This document shows positions 26,276-40,436 of a stretch of DNA of 64,000 nt, one piece after another. Positions within the stretch are counted from its first letter, which is position 1. Each line of letters begins with the position of its first letter. Made by a program: the position numbers and the translations under genes. Origin of the DNA: Alphaproteobacteria bacterium (lineage in GTDB: Bacteria; Pseudomonadota; Alphaproteobacteria; UBA828); the NCBI GenBank assembly GCA_965248825.1, contig CBDFKL010000006.1:1293095-1357094 (forward strand), read 5' to 3'. The notes beneath the pieces were generated by a model. It made no database searches, was not told where the DNA came from, and worked only from the letters and a program-made list of their open reading frames with translations.

Positions 26276-27673
26276 ATGTCGCTCGACCATACCCAGAACA
26301 TCTCGCTCGAGGAGCTCGACAAGCAGGTCCTGCTTCATCCGGTCACGTCGATCGCCGAGCATCAGGATGTCGGACCTGTCGTTTACCAGAAAAGCGGCGG
26401 GGTGAAGGTCTATGACCGGCACGGCAAGGGCTATATCGACGGTGCTGCGGCGCTGTGGTGCGTCAATGTCGGCTATGGCCGAACCAAGCTCGCCGACGTG
26501 GCGGCCGAGGAGATGGCGCGGATCGGCTTCTACCACACCTTCGGCGCCGCTTCGAACGAGCCGCAGATCCGCCTTGCCGAGAAGCTCCTCAATTTGCTTC
26601 ACGAGCACGCCGATTGCCATCATCTCGGCAAGGTGTTCTTCGGGTTGTCGGGCTCGGACGCGAACGACACCCAGTTCAAGCTCGTCCGTTATTACAACAA
26701 TCTCCGCGGCCGGCCGAAGAAGAAGAAGATCATCTCACGGATCGGCGCCTATCATGGCGTGACCGGCGCGGCGGGGAGCCTCACGGGCATTCCGCTTTAC
26801 CACAAGGCGTTCGATCTGCCCTTCGAGGGCGTGCTGCATACGGCATGCCCGCACTATTGGCGCGACGGGAAGGAAGGCGAGAGCGAGGAGCAGTTCGCGC
26901 AGCGCATGGCCGACGAGCTGGAGGCCCTGATCGAGAAGGAAGGCGCGGAGACGATCGCCGCCTTCATCGCCGAACCGGTCATGGGCACCGGCGGCGTGCT
27001 GATTCCAGGCGGCGGCTATTACGACAAGGTGCAGGCGCTTCTCAGGAAGCACGATATCCTGTTCATCGCCGACGAAGTGATCTGCGGCTTCGGGCGCCTG
27101 GGCACCTGGTTCGGTGCCAGCTATTTCGGCCTCAAGCCCGACTTGATGACCTTTGCCAAGGGGCTCACCAGCGCCTATTTCCCGATGTCGGCGGTCGCGA
27201 TCTCGGACGAAATCTGGCAGGTGCTGGCCGATGGCTCGGCCGAGGTCGGCATGTTCGCCCACGGCTTCACCTATTCGGGGCACCCGGTCGGTGGTGCGGT
27301 CGGCGTCGCCAATCTCGAGATCATGGAGGCCGAGGACTTGATCGGGAATGCCGCCGCGGTCGGTCCCTATTTCAAGCAGTCTCTGATCGAGCGCGTGGGC
27401 GACCACCCCAATGTCGGCGACATCCGTGGCGTCGGTCTCATACTCGGGGTCGAATATGTCGGCGACCGCGCGAGCAAGAGCGCGCCGGATATGAACCCGC
27501 CGGCACACAAGCGGGTCTCGGTCGCGGCCCAGGAGCGCGGCCTTCTGACCCGGGCGCTGCCCTTCCTGCCGGTCAACGCCTTCTCGCCGCCGCTGACCTT
27601 CTCGCGGGCAAATGTCGACGAGACGGTCGGGATCTTCGGCGATGCGGTCGAAAGCGTCTTCGGCAAGGGCTAG
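26276..27673 (+). CDS. Class III (omega-) aminotransferase, PLP-dependent
   Basis: The start is MSLDHTQNISLEELDKQVLLHP. Class III signatures are present (…GSDANDTQFK…, …DEVICGFGRLGTWFG…, Schiff-base Lys in …FAKGLTSAYFP…). Confidence 0.85.
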   Translation: MSLDHTQNISLEELDKQVLLHPVTSIAEHQDVGPVVYQKSGGVKVYDRHGKGYIDGAAALWCVNVGYGRTKLADVAAEEMARIGFYHTFGAASNEPQIRLAEKLLNLLHEHADCHHLGKVFFGLSGSDANDTQFKLVRYYNNLRGRPKKKKIISRIGAYHGVTGAAGSLTGIPLYHKAFDLPFEGVLHTACPHYWRDGKEGESEEQFAQRMADELEALIEKEGAETIAAFIAEPVMGTGGVLIPGGGYYDKVQALLRKHDILFIADEVICGFGRLGTWFGASYFGLKPDLMTFAKGLTSAYFPMSAVAISDEIWQVLADGSAEVGMFAHGFTYSGHPVGGAVGVANLEIMEAEDLIGNAAAVGPYFKQSLIERVGDHPNVGDIRGVGLILGVEYVGDRASKSAPDMNPPAHKRVSVAAQERGLLTRALPFLPVNAFSPPLTFSRANVDETVGIFGDAVESVFGKG

Positions 27674-27698
27674 CCGCCGCCCATAGAGAGCCCACGCC

Positions 27699-29774
27699 GT
27701 GGGGCTTCGTATTTCCGTCGATACCGGCGGCACCTTTACCGATGTGGTCGCGGCGACCGGCGAGCGGGAGGTCATCGGCAAGGCGCCGACCACACCCGAT
27801 CGCATCTTCGTCGGGATGCGGAACGCGCTTCAAAACGCGGCCGAGCAACTCGACTGCGACCTCGCGGCGCTGCTCGGTGATACCGACCTTCTGATCTACG
27901 GCACCACGCGCGCCACCAACGCGATCGTCCAAGGCGCCGTCGCTAAGACGGCGTTCCTGGTCACCGCCGGATTCCCCGATATTCTGGTGCTGAAGGAAGG
28001 CGGCAAGCCGCGGGTTCACGATTTCTCGACCGACTATCCGGACCCCTACATCCCGCAGGCCCATACCTTCGAGATCGCCGAGCGGATCGATTCCGAGGGC
28101 GGCGTGGTGGAGCCGCTCGACCGTGAGCAGGCGCGCGCGGTGCTGGAGCGAATCAAGGAGCGCGGCTTCGAGGCGATCGCCGTCTGCCTGCTGTGGGCGG
28201 TGGCGAACCCCGACCATGAGCGTGCGCTCGCCGCGCTGATCGAGGAGGTGCTGCCCGGCGTGCCTCACACGCTCTCGCACCGGCTGATCCCGATCGTGCG
28301 CGAGTATCGGCGCGCATCGGCGACCGCCATCGACGCCTCGCTCAAGCCTCTCATGCAGGCGCATCTGCGCGACATGGAGGGTGATCTGCGCGCCGCCGGC
28401 TGCCGCGGCGAAATTCTGGTGAGCACCACGGTCGGCGGGTGCATGCATGTCGAGGAACTGGCGGAACGGCCCATCCACACGGTCAAGTCCGGTCCGGCCA
28501 TGGCGCCGGTCGCGGCGCTCGCCTATTCGCGGATGGAGGATTTCGGCGACGACGTGATCGTCTGCGATGCCGGCGGCACCACCTTCGATGTCAGCCTGGT
28601 GCGCGACGGCGCGGTCAAGCATACGCGCGAGACCTGGATCGGCGGCCAGTGGGTCGGCCACATCCTCGCGATCTCCTCGGTCGACGTCCGCAGCATCGGC
28701 GCCGGCGGCGGCTCGATCGCCTGGATCGATCCGGGCGGGCTGCTGCGGGTCGGCCCGAAGAGCGCCGGGGCGGTGCCGGGGCCCGCCTGCTACGGCACCG
28801 GCGGCGCCGAGCCGACGGTAACCGACGCGGCGCTGCTCCTCGGCTATCTCGACCCGGATTATTTTCTCGGTGGGCGCATGGCGCTCGACGTCGATGCGGC
28901 GCGGCGCGCCGTCGGCGGGCTGAGCCGCGCCCTCGGCAAGACTCTCGACGACGGCGCGCACGCGGTCATGAGCCTCGCCAACGAGCTGATGATCAAGGCG
29001 ATTCAGGACATTACGGTCACCGAGGGCTTCAACCCGCGGGAGTGCACCCTGGTCGCCGGCGGCGGCGCGGCGGGCCTCGGCATCATGTCGATCGCCGGCG
29101 AGCTCGGCTGCGAGCGGGTCGTCCTGCCGCGCACCGCGAGCGTGCTCAGCGCCTGCGGCATGCAGGTCTCGGACGTGATCTACGAGCACTCGGCGAGCAT
29201 CGTCACGCGCTCGGTCGATTTCGCTTTCGACGCGGTCAACGGCGTGCTCGAGGCGATCGATACGGAACTGGAGCGCTTCGCCGCGACGCTCGAGAACCGC
29301 GGACTCCAGACGATGCGCATCGATCGCTTCGTGGAGGCGCGCTATCTGTTCCAGGTCTGGGAGCTCGACGTGGCGCTCCCGGTCGAGCGCTTTCGGAGCG
29401 AGCGGGACGTTGCCGATCTGGTCGAGCGGTTCCACGCGACTCACGAGCAGGTCTTCGCCGTGCACGACCCTGACAGCTTGCTCGAATGCCTCAATTGGAA
29501 GGGGCGGCTTTCGGTCGGCCTCGGCGGCGCGCCCGCGCGCAAGGCGGGCGCGCCGCCGAGCGCGGGTCCGGGCACGCCGGATCGGCAGCGCGAAGCCTAT
29601 TTCGGCGGCGGCGCGCGGGTCGAGACCCCGATCTATCTCGGTCAGAACCTCCGCCCCGGCGCCGCGATCGAGGGTCCCGCGATCATCGAGGAGCCGACCA
29701 CCACGATCGTGGTCAATCCCGGGACCCGGGCGCGCTTGAGCGGCACCGACAATTTCATCCTGGAGGCCTGTTGA
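27699..29774 (+). CDS. hyuA: Hydantoinase/oxoprolinase family subunit A (HyuA-like, ATP-dependent)
   Basis: The N-terminus ISVDTGGTFTDVV (ASKHA ATPase motif) and a second ATPase-fold repeat (…VCDAGGTTFDVSLV…) are present. 691 aa, typical of the family. Confidence 0.9.
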   Translation: MGLRISVDTGGTFTDVVAATGEREVIGKAPTTPDRIFVGMRNALQNAAEQLDCDLAALLGDTDLLIYGTTRATNAIVQGAVAKTAFLVTAGFPDILVLKEGGKPRVHDFSTDYPDPYIPQAHTFEIAERIDSEGGVVEPLDREQARAVLERIKERGFEAIAVCLLWAVANPDHERALAALIEEVLPGVPHTLSHRLIPIVREYRRASATAIDASLKPLMQAHLRDMEGDLRAAGCRGEILVSTTVGGCMHVEELAERPIHTVKSGPAMAPVAALAYSRMEDFGDDVIVCDAGGTTFDVSLVRDGAVKHTRETWIGGQWVGHILAISSVDVRSIGAGGGSIAWIDPGGLLRVGPKSAGAVPGPACYGTGGAEPTVTDAALLLGYLDPDYFLGGRMALDVDAARRAVGGLSRALGKTLDDGAHAVMSLANELMIKAIQDITVTEGFNPRECTLVAGGGAAGLGIMSIAGELGCERVVLPRTASVLSACGMQVSDVIYEHSASIVTRSVDFAFDAVNGVLEAIDTELERFAATLENRGLQTMRIDRFVEARYLFQVWELDVALPVERFRSERDVADLVERFHATHEQVFAVHDPDSLLECLNWKGRLSVGLGGAPARKAGAPPSAGPGTPDRQREAYFGGGARVETPIYLGQNLRPGAAIEGPAIIEEPTTTIVVNPGTRARLSGTDNFILEAC

Positions 29775-29775
29775 G

Positions 29776-31554
29776 ATGGCGACGACGGAAACTCTCGATC
29801 CGGTCCTGTTATCGGTGCTTTCCAACCGGCTCGACGGCATCGTGCGCGAGATGTCGAACACGCTGCTCAAGGCGGCGCGCTCGGCCGTGATCGCCGTGGC
29901 GCGCGATTTCTCCTGCGCGATCTGCACGGGCGACAACCGGCTCCTCGCGACCGCCGAGGGGCTGCCGGTCCATATCTTCGGCTCCCACCTGCAGACCCGG
30001 GCGATGTGCGAGCTCCATGACGATATCGCCGAGGGCGACGCCTTTCTCCACAACGACCCCTATCTCGGCAACACCCATCCGGCCGATCACGCCGTGCTGG
30101 TGCCGGTGTTCATCGAGGGCGAGCATCTGTTCACGGCCTGCGCCAAGGGCCATCAGGCGGATATCGGCAACAGCATCCCGACCACCTATCACGCCGCGGC
30201 GAAGGACGTGTACGAGGAAGGCTCGCTGATCTTCCCCTGCGTCCGGGTGCAGCGCGATTACGCGATGGTCGATGACGTGATCCGCATGTGCCGCCGTCGG
30301 ATCAGGGTCCCGGAGCAGTGGTATGGCGACTTTCTGGCCGCGCTCGGGGCGGCGCGGATCGCCGAGCGGCGTCTCAAGGAGCTGTGCGGGAAATACGGCA
30401 AGGAGACCATCAAGACCTTCATCCGCGAGTGGTTCGACTATTCGGAGCGCCGCATGGTGCAGGCGATCAAGGAGCTGCCGGAGGCGGATGTTACCGCCGA
30501 GGGTGCTCACGATCCGTTTGAGCCCTTTCTGCCCGACGGCATCCCGATCAAGGTCGAGGTCCAGATCGATCCCGGCGAAGGCATGGTCACGATCGATCTT
30601 CGCGACAATATCGATTGCGTCGACTGCGGCCTCAATGAATCGGAGGCCTGTGCGATCAACAATGTCGTCGCCGGCCTGTTCAACTGCCTCGGGCCGGAGA
30701 TTCCGCATAATGGCGGCTCGTTTCGGCGGATCGCGGTGCTGCTCCGCGACGGCTGCGTCGTGGGCCGCCCGTCGTTCCCGCATTCCACGTCGATGGCGAC
30801 GACCAACGTCGCGGACCGCCTGGTCAACATCACGCATTCGGCGATGGCGAAGCTCGGCGACGGCTATGGTCTGGCGGAGGGCGGCAGCGCCATGGGCGCC
30901 GGCGGCGCGGTCCTGAGCGGCAAGGATTTCCGCCGCGGCGGAAATCCCTACATCAACCAGCTCATGATGCTGGTCAATGGCGGCCCCGCCGGGCCGGAGG
31001 CCGACGGGTGGGTGACCTATGTGCTGCCGGTGGTCTCCGGCCTCATGTACCGCGACAGCGTCGAGCTCGCCGAGGTCAAGCACCCGATGCTGTTCAAGAC
31101 GGTGCGCCTGTTGCCCGGCACCGGCGGCGCGGGGCGCCACCGCGGCGGGCCGGCCTGCGAGGTGATCTACGGGCCGCGCGAGGACCCGATGACGGTGGTC
31201 ATCCCCTCCGATTGCCAGATCAACCCCGCGCGGGGCGCGCAGGGCGGCCGGGACGGCGCGCCGGCCGTGCAATTCAAGGTCGGCGCCAATGGTGGCGAGA
31301 CCAGGCTGCCCAACGTCGTCCAGTTGGATCTGATGCCGTGCGAGCTGATCCGCGGCCACGACGCTGGCGGGGGCGGCTACGGCGATCCCCGCCAGCGCGA
31401 CCCCGAACGGGTGCGGATGGACGTCGCCCGCGGCTGGGAGACGACTGAGCGTGCGCGCGAGATCTACGGCGTCGTGCTCACCGGCGCCCGCGAGACCGAC
31501 ACCCTCGCGGTCGATCGGAAGGCGACCGAGGCTGCGCGGGTAACATCTCGCTAG
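29776..31554 (+). CDS. hyuB: Hydantoinase/oxoprolinase family subunit B (HyuB-like)
   Basis: It starts 2 nt after the hyuA stop. The size (592 aa) and motifs are typical of the HyuB family (…[11 protein letters not shown]…, …GGGGYGDP…). Confidence 0.9.
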   Translation: MATTETLDPVLLSVLSNRLDGIVREMSNTLLKAARSAVIAVARDFSCAICTGDNRLLATAEGLPVHIFGSHLQTRAMCELHDDIAEGDAFLHNDPYLGNTHPADHAVLVPVFIEGEHLFTACAKGHQADIGNSIPTTYHAAAKDVYEEGSLIFPCVRVQRDYAMVDDVIRMCRRRIRVPEQWYGDFLAALGAARIAERRLKELCGKYGKETIKTFIREWFDYSERRMVQAIKELPEADVTAEGAHDPFEPFLPDGIPIKVEVQIDPGEGMVTIDLRDNIDCVDCGLNESEACAINNVVAGLFNCLGPEIPHNGGSFRRIAVLLRDGCVVGRPSFPHSTSMATTNVADRLVNITHSAMAKLGDGYGLAEGGSAMGAGGAVLSGKDFRRGGNPYINQLMMLVNGGPAGPEADGWVTYVLPVVSGLMYRDSVELAEVKHPMLFKTVRLLPGTGGAGRHRGGPACEVIYGPREDPMTVVIPSDCQINPARGAQGGRDGAPAVQFKVGANGGETRLPNVVQLDLMPCELIRGHDAGGGGYGDPRQRDPERVRMDVARGWETTERAREIYGVVLTGARETDTLAVDRKATEAARVTSR

Positions 31555-31660
31555 CGACGTGGGTCGGCCGACGCATCGGCCGAGAGCCTGATACGCACGG
31601 TCGGCTCTCAGGCTCCAGGTGAGTCGCGCGGCAGCGTGACGAGAGTGAGAAGAGCAAGCC

Positions 31661-33271
31661 ATGGCACGAGGGCGAAAGAAGAAACCGAAATCCGATGCCG
31701 GAATGACGCAAGGCGCCCACGGCGCTACGACCGGCCATGAGGCCGAGCTGTGGCGCATGGCCGACGCTCTGCGCGGCTCGATGGATGCAGCCGAATACAA
31801 GCACGTCGTCCTCGGGCTGATCTTCCTGAAATACATCTCCGACGCCTTCGAGGAGCGCCACGCGGCCGTTCTCGCCGAATGGGGTGCGGACGCCGCCGAA
31901 GACTGCGACGAGTACCGCGCCGAGAACATCTTCTGGGTGCCGCCCGAGGCCCGCTGGACGCATCTCAAGGCTCAGGCAAAGCAGCCCATCATCGGCCAGC
32001 TCGTCGACGACGCGATGGCCGGCATCGAGCGCGACAATCCGGCGCTCACGGACGTGCTGCCCAAGGATTACGCCCGCCCCGCGCTCGACAAGCAGCGGCT
32101 CGGCCAGCTCATCGACATGATCAGCAACATCAAGGTGGGCGACGAGGAAGCGCGCTCCAAGGACGTGCTCGGCCGCGTCTACGAATATCTCTTGTCGCAG
32201 TTCGCGAGCGCCGAGGGCAAGAAGGGCGGCGAGTTCTACACCCCGCGTTGCGTCGTCAAGCTCCTGGTCGAGATGCTGGAGCCCTTTCAGGGCCGGGTCT
32301 ACGACCCCTGCTGCGGCTCCTCCGGCATGTTCGTGCAGTCGGTCGAGTTCATCCAGGCGCACGCCACCGGCAACGGCAATGGCGGAAGGGTTCCCAGGGG
32401 CGCCAAGGCCGATATCTCGATCTACGGCCAGGAGTCGAACTACACGACCTGGCGGCTCGCGAAGATGAACCTTGCCATCCGCGGCATCGAGGGCCAGATC
32501 GCCCACGGCGACAGCTTCCACAACGACCGCCACCCTGACCTCAAGGCCGACTTCGTCCTCGCCAATCCGCCGTTCAACGTCTCCGACTGGGGCGGCGAGC
32601 GGCTCGCCGAAGACAAGCGCTGGCAGTACGGTACCCCGCCCAAGGGCAATGCCAACTTCGCCTGGGTGCAGCACATCGTCCACCACATGTCGCCGGCCGG
32701 CGCGGCCGGATTCGTGCTCGCCAACGGCTCAATGTCGTCGAACCAGTCGGGCGAAGGCGAGATCCGGAAGAGCCTGATCGAGGCGGACCTAGTGGACTGC
32801 ATGGTCGCCCTTCCCGGCCAGCTCTTCTATTCCACCCAGATCCCCGCCTGCCTGTGGTTCCTCACCCGCGACCGGCGCGACGGCACGTTCCGAAACCGCC
32901 GTGGCGAGGTACTCTTCCTGGACACCCGCAAGCTCGGCCGCATGGTCGACCGCACTCACCGCGAATTGACCGATGAGGACATCGCCCGCATCGCCGGCAC
33001 CTATCACGCGTGGCGCGGCGAGGAAGGCGCGGGCGAGTACGCCGACATTCCCGGTTTCTGCAAGAGCGCGCCGCTCGACGAGGTACGCAAGCACGGCCAC
33101 GTGCTCACACCCGGCCGCTATGTCGGCGCGGAGGCGCAGGAGGACGACCGCGAGCCGTTCGAGGAGAAGATGAAGCGGCTCGTTGCGCAGTTGAGGGAGC
33201 AGCAGGCCGAGAGCGTAAACCTCGACGCCACCATCGCTGCCAATCTCAAGGAGCTGGGGTATGGCGGCTGA
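31661..33271 (+). CDS. hsdM: Type I restriction-modification system DNA methyltransferase subunit HsdM
   Basis: Contains the N6-adenine MTase catalytic motif NPPF (…[12 protein letters not shown]…), the SAM motif …[12 protein letters not shown]…, and the N-terminal HsdM_N domain (…[32 protein letters not shown]…). Confidence 0.9.
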   Translation: MARGRKKKPKSDAGMTQGAHGATTGHEAELWRMADALRGSMDAAEYKHVVLGLIFLKYISDAFEERHAAVLAEWGADAAEDCDEYRAENIFWVPPEARWTHLKAQAKQPIIGQLVDDAMAGIERDNPALTDVLPKDYARPALDKQRLGQLIDMISNIKVGDEEARSKDVLGRVYEYLLSQFASAEGKKGGEFYTPRCVVKLLVEMLEPFQGRVYDPCCGSSGMFVQSVEFIQAHATGNGNGGRVPRGAKADISIYGQESNYTTWRLAKMNLAIRGIEGQIAHGDSFHNDRHPDLKADFVLANPPFNVSDWGGERLAEDKRWQYGTPPKGNANFAWVQHIVHHMSPAGAAGFVLANGSMSSNQSGEGEIRKSLIEADLVDCMVALPGQLFYSTQIPACLWFLTRDRRDGTFRNRRGEVLFLDTRKLGRMVDRTHRELTDEDIARIAGTYHAWRGEEGAGEYADIPGFCKSAPLDEVRKHGHVLTPGRYVGAEAQEDDREPFEEKMKRLVAQLREQQAESVNLDATIAANLKELGYGG

Positions 33272-34496
33272 GTGGTACCAAACTACTTTGGATCAGCTCG
33301 GGCGCATAGTGACCGGAAAGACACCGCAATCCCGTCATCCTGAGTATTTCGGAGGCGAGATACCATTTGTTACTCCCACAGACTTCGACGGACGCAGGCG
33401 CATTGAGACCACCAAACGTTGCCTGACCGAGCGAGGCGCATCTGCGGTTCGCGGCGCTCGAATACCGAGGGAGGCGATCATGGTTTCATGCATCGGCTCG
33501 GACATGGGGAAAAGCGCAATTGCCGGCACGGCGTGTGTAACAAATCAACAGATTAATAGCGTTGTCGTGGAATCTCCAAACTGTCCTCTGTTCGTTTACT
33601 ACAACTTGAGTATGCGAAAGGAAGAGATCCGGGCAGCCGCTGGTGGATCAGCTCAACCGATTTTGAATAAATCCACCTTTGGGCAATTGGACATCCTCTT
33701 GCCCCCAATCCCCGAACAGCGGGCCATCGCCCACGTCCTGGGCACGCTGGACGACAAAATCGAGCTGAACCGGCACATGAACGAGACGCTGGAGGCAATG
33801 GCCCGAGCGCTGTTCAAGTCCTGGTTCGTCGATTTCGACCCCGTCCGCGCCAAGATGGAAGGCCGCGACCCCGGTTTGCCCCGACATCTCGCCGATCTGT
33901 TTTCTGATCGGCTTGTTGAGTCCCAGCTTGGGGAGATTCCAAAAGGGTACAAATGGTGTTCCGTTTCGCATTTTGCAGAAATTCGGGGAGGAAAGCAGCT
34001 ATCCAAAAATGATTTCACTCAAGATGGACCATACCCAGTATTTGGAGGTGCTGGACTAATGGGACACACCGACAAGTTCAACGCGGATGGATATGTCATT
34101 TCCGTGGGTCGTGTCGGAGCCTACTGCGGTCAGTTTTTTTCTCACCGTGGAAAGTGTTGGATTAACAACAATGCGTCGTTTCTTCAACAAAACGACGGGG
34201 TTTTTGGAGAGTGGTTTCTGCTAGCGTTGAAACACCTTGATATAGACCTTCTCAAGAAAGGTGCGGCGCAACCCTTCATTTCAAATTCCGATTTGGCAGC
34301 GATGGACGTGATGTATCCTGGAGAAGAAATCCTATTCGCGTTTCATCGCATTGTTTCGAACCTCTTGCGACGCGCGGAAGTTACTGAACGGGAGACAGAG
34401 CGACTCATCGCCCTTCGTGAAGGTCTTCTGCCCAAGCTGATTTCTGGTGACCTCCGCGTGACGGATGTCGACGCCTTCCTCAAATGGACGCTATGA
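33261..34496 (+). CDS. hsdS: Type I restriction-modification system specificity subunit HsdS
   Basis: It overlaps the hsdM stop by 11 nt. There are two target-recognition halves separated by a conserved central helix (…[45 protein letters not shown]…) and a C-terminal helix (…[15 protein letters not shown]…). The second TRD is conspicuously AT-richer than the rest of the locus. Confidence 0.85.
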   Translation: MAAEWYQTTLDQLGRIVTGKTPQSRHPEYFGGEIPFVTPTDFDGRRRIETTKRCLTERGASAVRGARIPREAIMVSCIGSDMGKSAIAGTACVTNQQINSVVVESPNCPLFVYYNLSMRKEEIRAAAGGSAQPILNKSTFGQLDILLPPIPEQRAIAHVLGTLDDKIELNRHMNETLEAMARALFKSWFVDFDPVRAKMEGRDPGLPRHLADLFSDRLVESQLGEIPKGYKWCSVSHFAEIRGGKQLSKNDFTQDGPYPVFGGAGLMGHTDKFNADGYVISVGRVGAYCGQFFSHRGKCWINNNASFLQQNDGVFGEWFLLALKHLDIDLLKKGAAQPFISNSDLAAMDVMYPGEEILFAFHRIVSNLLRRAEVTERETERLIALREGLLPKLISGDLRVTDVDAFLKWTL

Positions 34497-35190
34497 CTGC
34501 CGAAGTCCCGACTGTTCGCTTCGTCATGCATGGCGCACGCGACGCCATGGCAGGCGGTATCGCGCATATCGAGGAACAGGTGAAAGGCATCGAACAGGCC
34601 GTCATTGAAAACCCCAGCCTTGCCTTTGACCTCGCAAAGACGCTGATCGAGAGCGTTTGCCGCACGGTGCTTGGAGAACGAAAGGTATCATATGCCGCGA
34701 CAGACGATCTTCCTAAACTCTTCAAGTCAGCGAGCCAAAACCTTCCTTATCTTCCATCGACGGCCAGCGATGCCGCCGACGCGCGCAAGAGCCTACGCAA
34801 AACGCTGAACGGGCTGGGTACTACCATTCAGGGGATCTGTGAGTTGCGCAACCAGTGCGGATTCGCATCCCACGGTTCTGAATCCTCCCGCCCTGCCATG
34901 GAAGGGGTTCAAGCTTTACTCGCCGCCGGGGCCGCAGATGCGATCGTTGGTTTTCTTCACCGCGTACATCACCAGGACCGTACCCCGCGATTGGTAGCTT
35001 TTGACGACAACGTCGCCTTCAATGAGCATTTGGACGAGACCTTCGGTCCCTTCCGAATCTTTGAAGCTGAGTTCCGTCCGAGCGAAGTTCTGTTTACGCT
35101 GGAGCAAGAAACCTACCGCATCTACCTCGCAGAATTTGATAGCGGCATCGATTCCGAAGGTCGAGCTTCCGCTGATGGAGATGTCCAGCC

Positions 35191-35194
<4 letters not shown>
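34484..35194 (+). CDS. Abortive-infection-like (Abi_C-type) protein embedded in the Type I R-M operon (tentative)
   Basis: 236-aa protein translationally coupled on both sides (overlaps the hsdS stop by 13 nt, and the hsdR start overlaps its stop by 4 nt). The central segment …[23 protein letters not shown]… resembles the conserved E-S-x-x-K/R core of Abi_C-domain proteins, which are commonly found between hsdS and hsdR. The family call is from memory, not a search. Confidence 0.45.
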
Positions 35195-38331
<3,137 letters not shown>

Positions 38332-38355
38332 GCCTTCCTGCTCAGGCGGCCACGA

Positions 38356-40413
38356 TCAGAGCGCGCGGCCGAGCTCCTCGCCGTCATACATGAGCTGGAC
38401 CGGCCGCCGCGGTGCGAGCGCATCGCCGACCCGGTGGAGCGTCTCGACGCGTCCTTCGAGCGCCCGAAAAAGCGCGTCATTGGGAGAACGCAGCATTGAG
38501 ATGACGACGGTCTCGACGCCCTCGATGACACGCGGCTGCCCGCCCCATACCGAGCGGACATGGACCGTGTCGTTCTCGATCTTGTCCACGTTCGTGTGGG
38601 TGCTGCGGACCACGCCGGCCTCTTCCAGGCGTGGCATCACGAACGGGAGATCGAGGGTGCGGGCGACGTCCTCGCCCACCGTTGCCCGTGGCGTCACGAT
38701 CTCGACCGCGGTACCGCCGCGCACCGCCAAGAGCTCGGCGAGGCCCAAGGGCAGGTAGTAGCCGGTTTCTTCCAGGATCACGACCCGCCGGCCAAGCGCA
38801 CCGGGGTCGGCGAGCGCGCGTTCCGTTGCCGCCCCAATGTCGATGACGTTCCCTTGCTCCGTTCCCGCGAGGCGCGGGCGGCCCGGACGGTACTGGCTGC
38901 GGCCGTCGCAGTCCCAGCGCGCCCCGGTGGCCACGATCACCGCGTCGGGTTTTTCGCGCTCGATCAATTCGGGGGTCGCGTCGACCCCGAGCCTCACATC
39001 AACGCCCGCGACGGCCATGGCACGCACCAGATTGTCGATGGCGATGCCCCATTCCTTGCGCGTCGGCAGCCCGAGCAGCAGGTTCAGGTGGCCGCCGAGG
39101 CGATCCTCGCGCTCGAGCAGGACGACACGATGGCCGCGCCGGCCCGCGACCTCGGCGGTCTTCATCCCGGCGAGGCCGCCGCCAACCACGACGAGCGTCT
39201 TCGCCTCATCCGGCGCCACCGGTCGAAGCGTGCCGCTCCCCCAACGCGCCTCGCGGCCGACGCTCGGGTTGACCACGCAGGCAGCCTGCCGGTTGTCGAA
39301 CAGACGCGCGACGCACTCATTGGCGCCCATGCAGCGGCGGATCTCCTGCTCGCGGCCTTCCAGGGTTTTCTTCACGAGGTGCGGTTCGGCCATCTGCGCA
39401 CGGGTCATCGCCACCATGTCGGTTGCGCCGTCGGCGAGCGCCTGCTCCGCCTGCCGGAGGTCGATGATCCGCCCGACGACGAACACCTTTGCCCGGTTGC
39501 CCACCACGGCCTTGGTGCGTTTGCCGAATGGGATCATGAAGCCCTGCTTTCCGCTCATCGGCGGGACGGCGAGGTGCAGCGTGTGGTAGGAGCCGCCCGA
39601 GATGTTGAAGAAGTCGAAGAGACCGGTCGACGAGAGAATCTCGAGCTGCTCCTCGGCTTGATCGGGCGTGATGCCGGCATCGCCGAGGAACTCGTCGAAG
39701 GAGAGGCGGACGCCGACCGTGAGTGCGTCGCCGACCCGCTCGCGGACCGCTTCGCCGATCTCGAGCAGAATCCGGCAGCGGTTGCGAACCGAGCCGCCAT
39801 AGCGGTCGGTCCGGTCGTTGTAGACGGGGCTCAGGAACTGGCCGAGCAGGTAGCTGTGGGCGGCATGCAGCTCGACCCCGTCGCAGCCGGCGACTTTCAC
39901 GTTGAGCGCCGATTCGCCGAACCCCTTGACGAGGTCGTCGATATGCTCCTGCTCCATGATCAGAGGGATCTCGTTGTGCACGACCGAGGGCAGGCTCGAG
40001 ACACCCCAAAGCGGGTGCCACTCGTCCATGATCATGGTGCCCTTGTCGTGCACACCGCAGCCAAAGAGCTGGATGAACTGCCGCGCCCCGTGCTCGTGCA
40101 CCGCATCGGCGAGCTTGGCATATTGGGGTATGGCGCGCTTGTCCCACGCCGAGCAGCCTTCGAAGAACGAGCCCTTGCTCAACCGATGCGCGGCCTGCTG
40201 CTCGCAGATGAACAAGGCCGCACCGCCTTTCGCGCGCTCACGGTAATAGGCGATATGCCGATCGCCGAGAATATTGTCCTTGCCGTAAAGCGTGGTCTGC
40301 GCGGTCATCATGATCCGGTTCTTCACGCGTGTGGGGCCGATCTCGAGCGGCTCCCACACCAGGCTAAGGTCAGACGCAGGATGATCGTTGTCGATTGCCA
40401 ACGCGCTCATCAT
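38356..40413 (-). CDS. OYE-type NADH:flavin oxidoreductase fused to an FAD/NAD(P)-binding domain (third paralog; 2,4-dienoyl-CoA reductase / amine-demethylase-like)
   Basis: The start was set at MMSALAIDNDHP (the ORF's Arg-rich 50-aa extension was rejected). It contains the OYE barrel (…HAAHSYLLGQFLSPVYNDRTDRYGGS…) and then VVVGGGLAGMKTAE Rossmann. It is convergent with hsdR, with only about 24 nt between the stops. Confidence 0.85.
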   Translation of the reverse strand: MMSALAIDNDHPASDLSLVWEPLEIGPTRVKNRIMMTAQTTLYGKDNILGDRHIAYYRERAKGGAALFICEQQAAHRLSKGSFFEGCSAWDKRAIPQYAKLADAVHEHGARQFIQLFGCGVHDKGTMIMDEWHPLWGVSSLPSVVHNEIPLIMEQEHIDDLVKGFGESALNVKVAGCDGVELHAAHSYLLGQFLSPVYNDRTDRYGGSVRNRCRILLEIGEAVRERVGDALTVGVRLSFDEFLGDAGITPDQAEEQLEILSSTGLFDFFNISGGSYHTLHLAVPPMSGKQGFMIPFGKRTKAVVGNRAKVFVVGRIIDLRQAEQALADGATDMVAMTRAQMAEPHLVKKTLEGREQEIRRCMGANECVARLFDNRQAACVVNPSVGREARWGSGTLRPVAPDEAKTLVVVGGGLAGMKTAEVAGRRGHRVVLLEREDRLGGHLNLLLGLPTRKEWGIAIDNLVRAMAVAGVDVRLGVDATPELIEREKPDAVIVATGARWDCDGRSQYRPGRPRLAGTEQGNVIDIGAATERALADPGALGRRVVILEETGYYLPLGLAELLAVRGGTAVEIVTPRATVGEDVARTLDLPFVMPRLEEAGVVRSTHTNVDKIENDTVHVRSVWGGQPRVIEGVETVVISMLRSPNDALFRALEGRVETLHRVGDALAPRRPVQLMYDGEELGRAL

Positions 40414-40436
40414 TCTCCTCCTGCCATCGGCCGGGC

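Noticed and set aside
33553-34018. Minus-strand ORFs inside hsdS (33553..33798, 33648..33971, 33653..34018)
   Set aside because: The AT-richer TRD region of hsdS lowers stop density on the opposite strand. No motifs are present, and hsdS is coupled to both neighbours.
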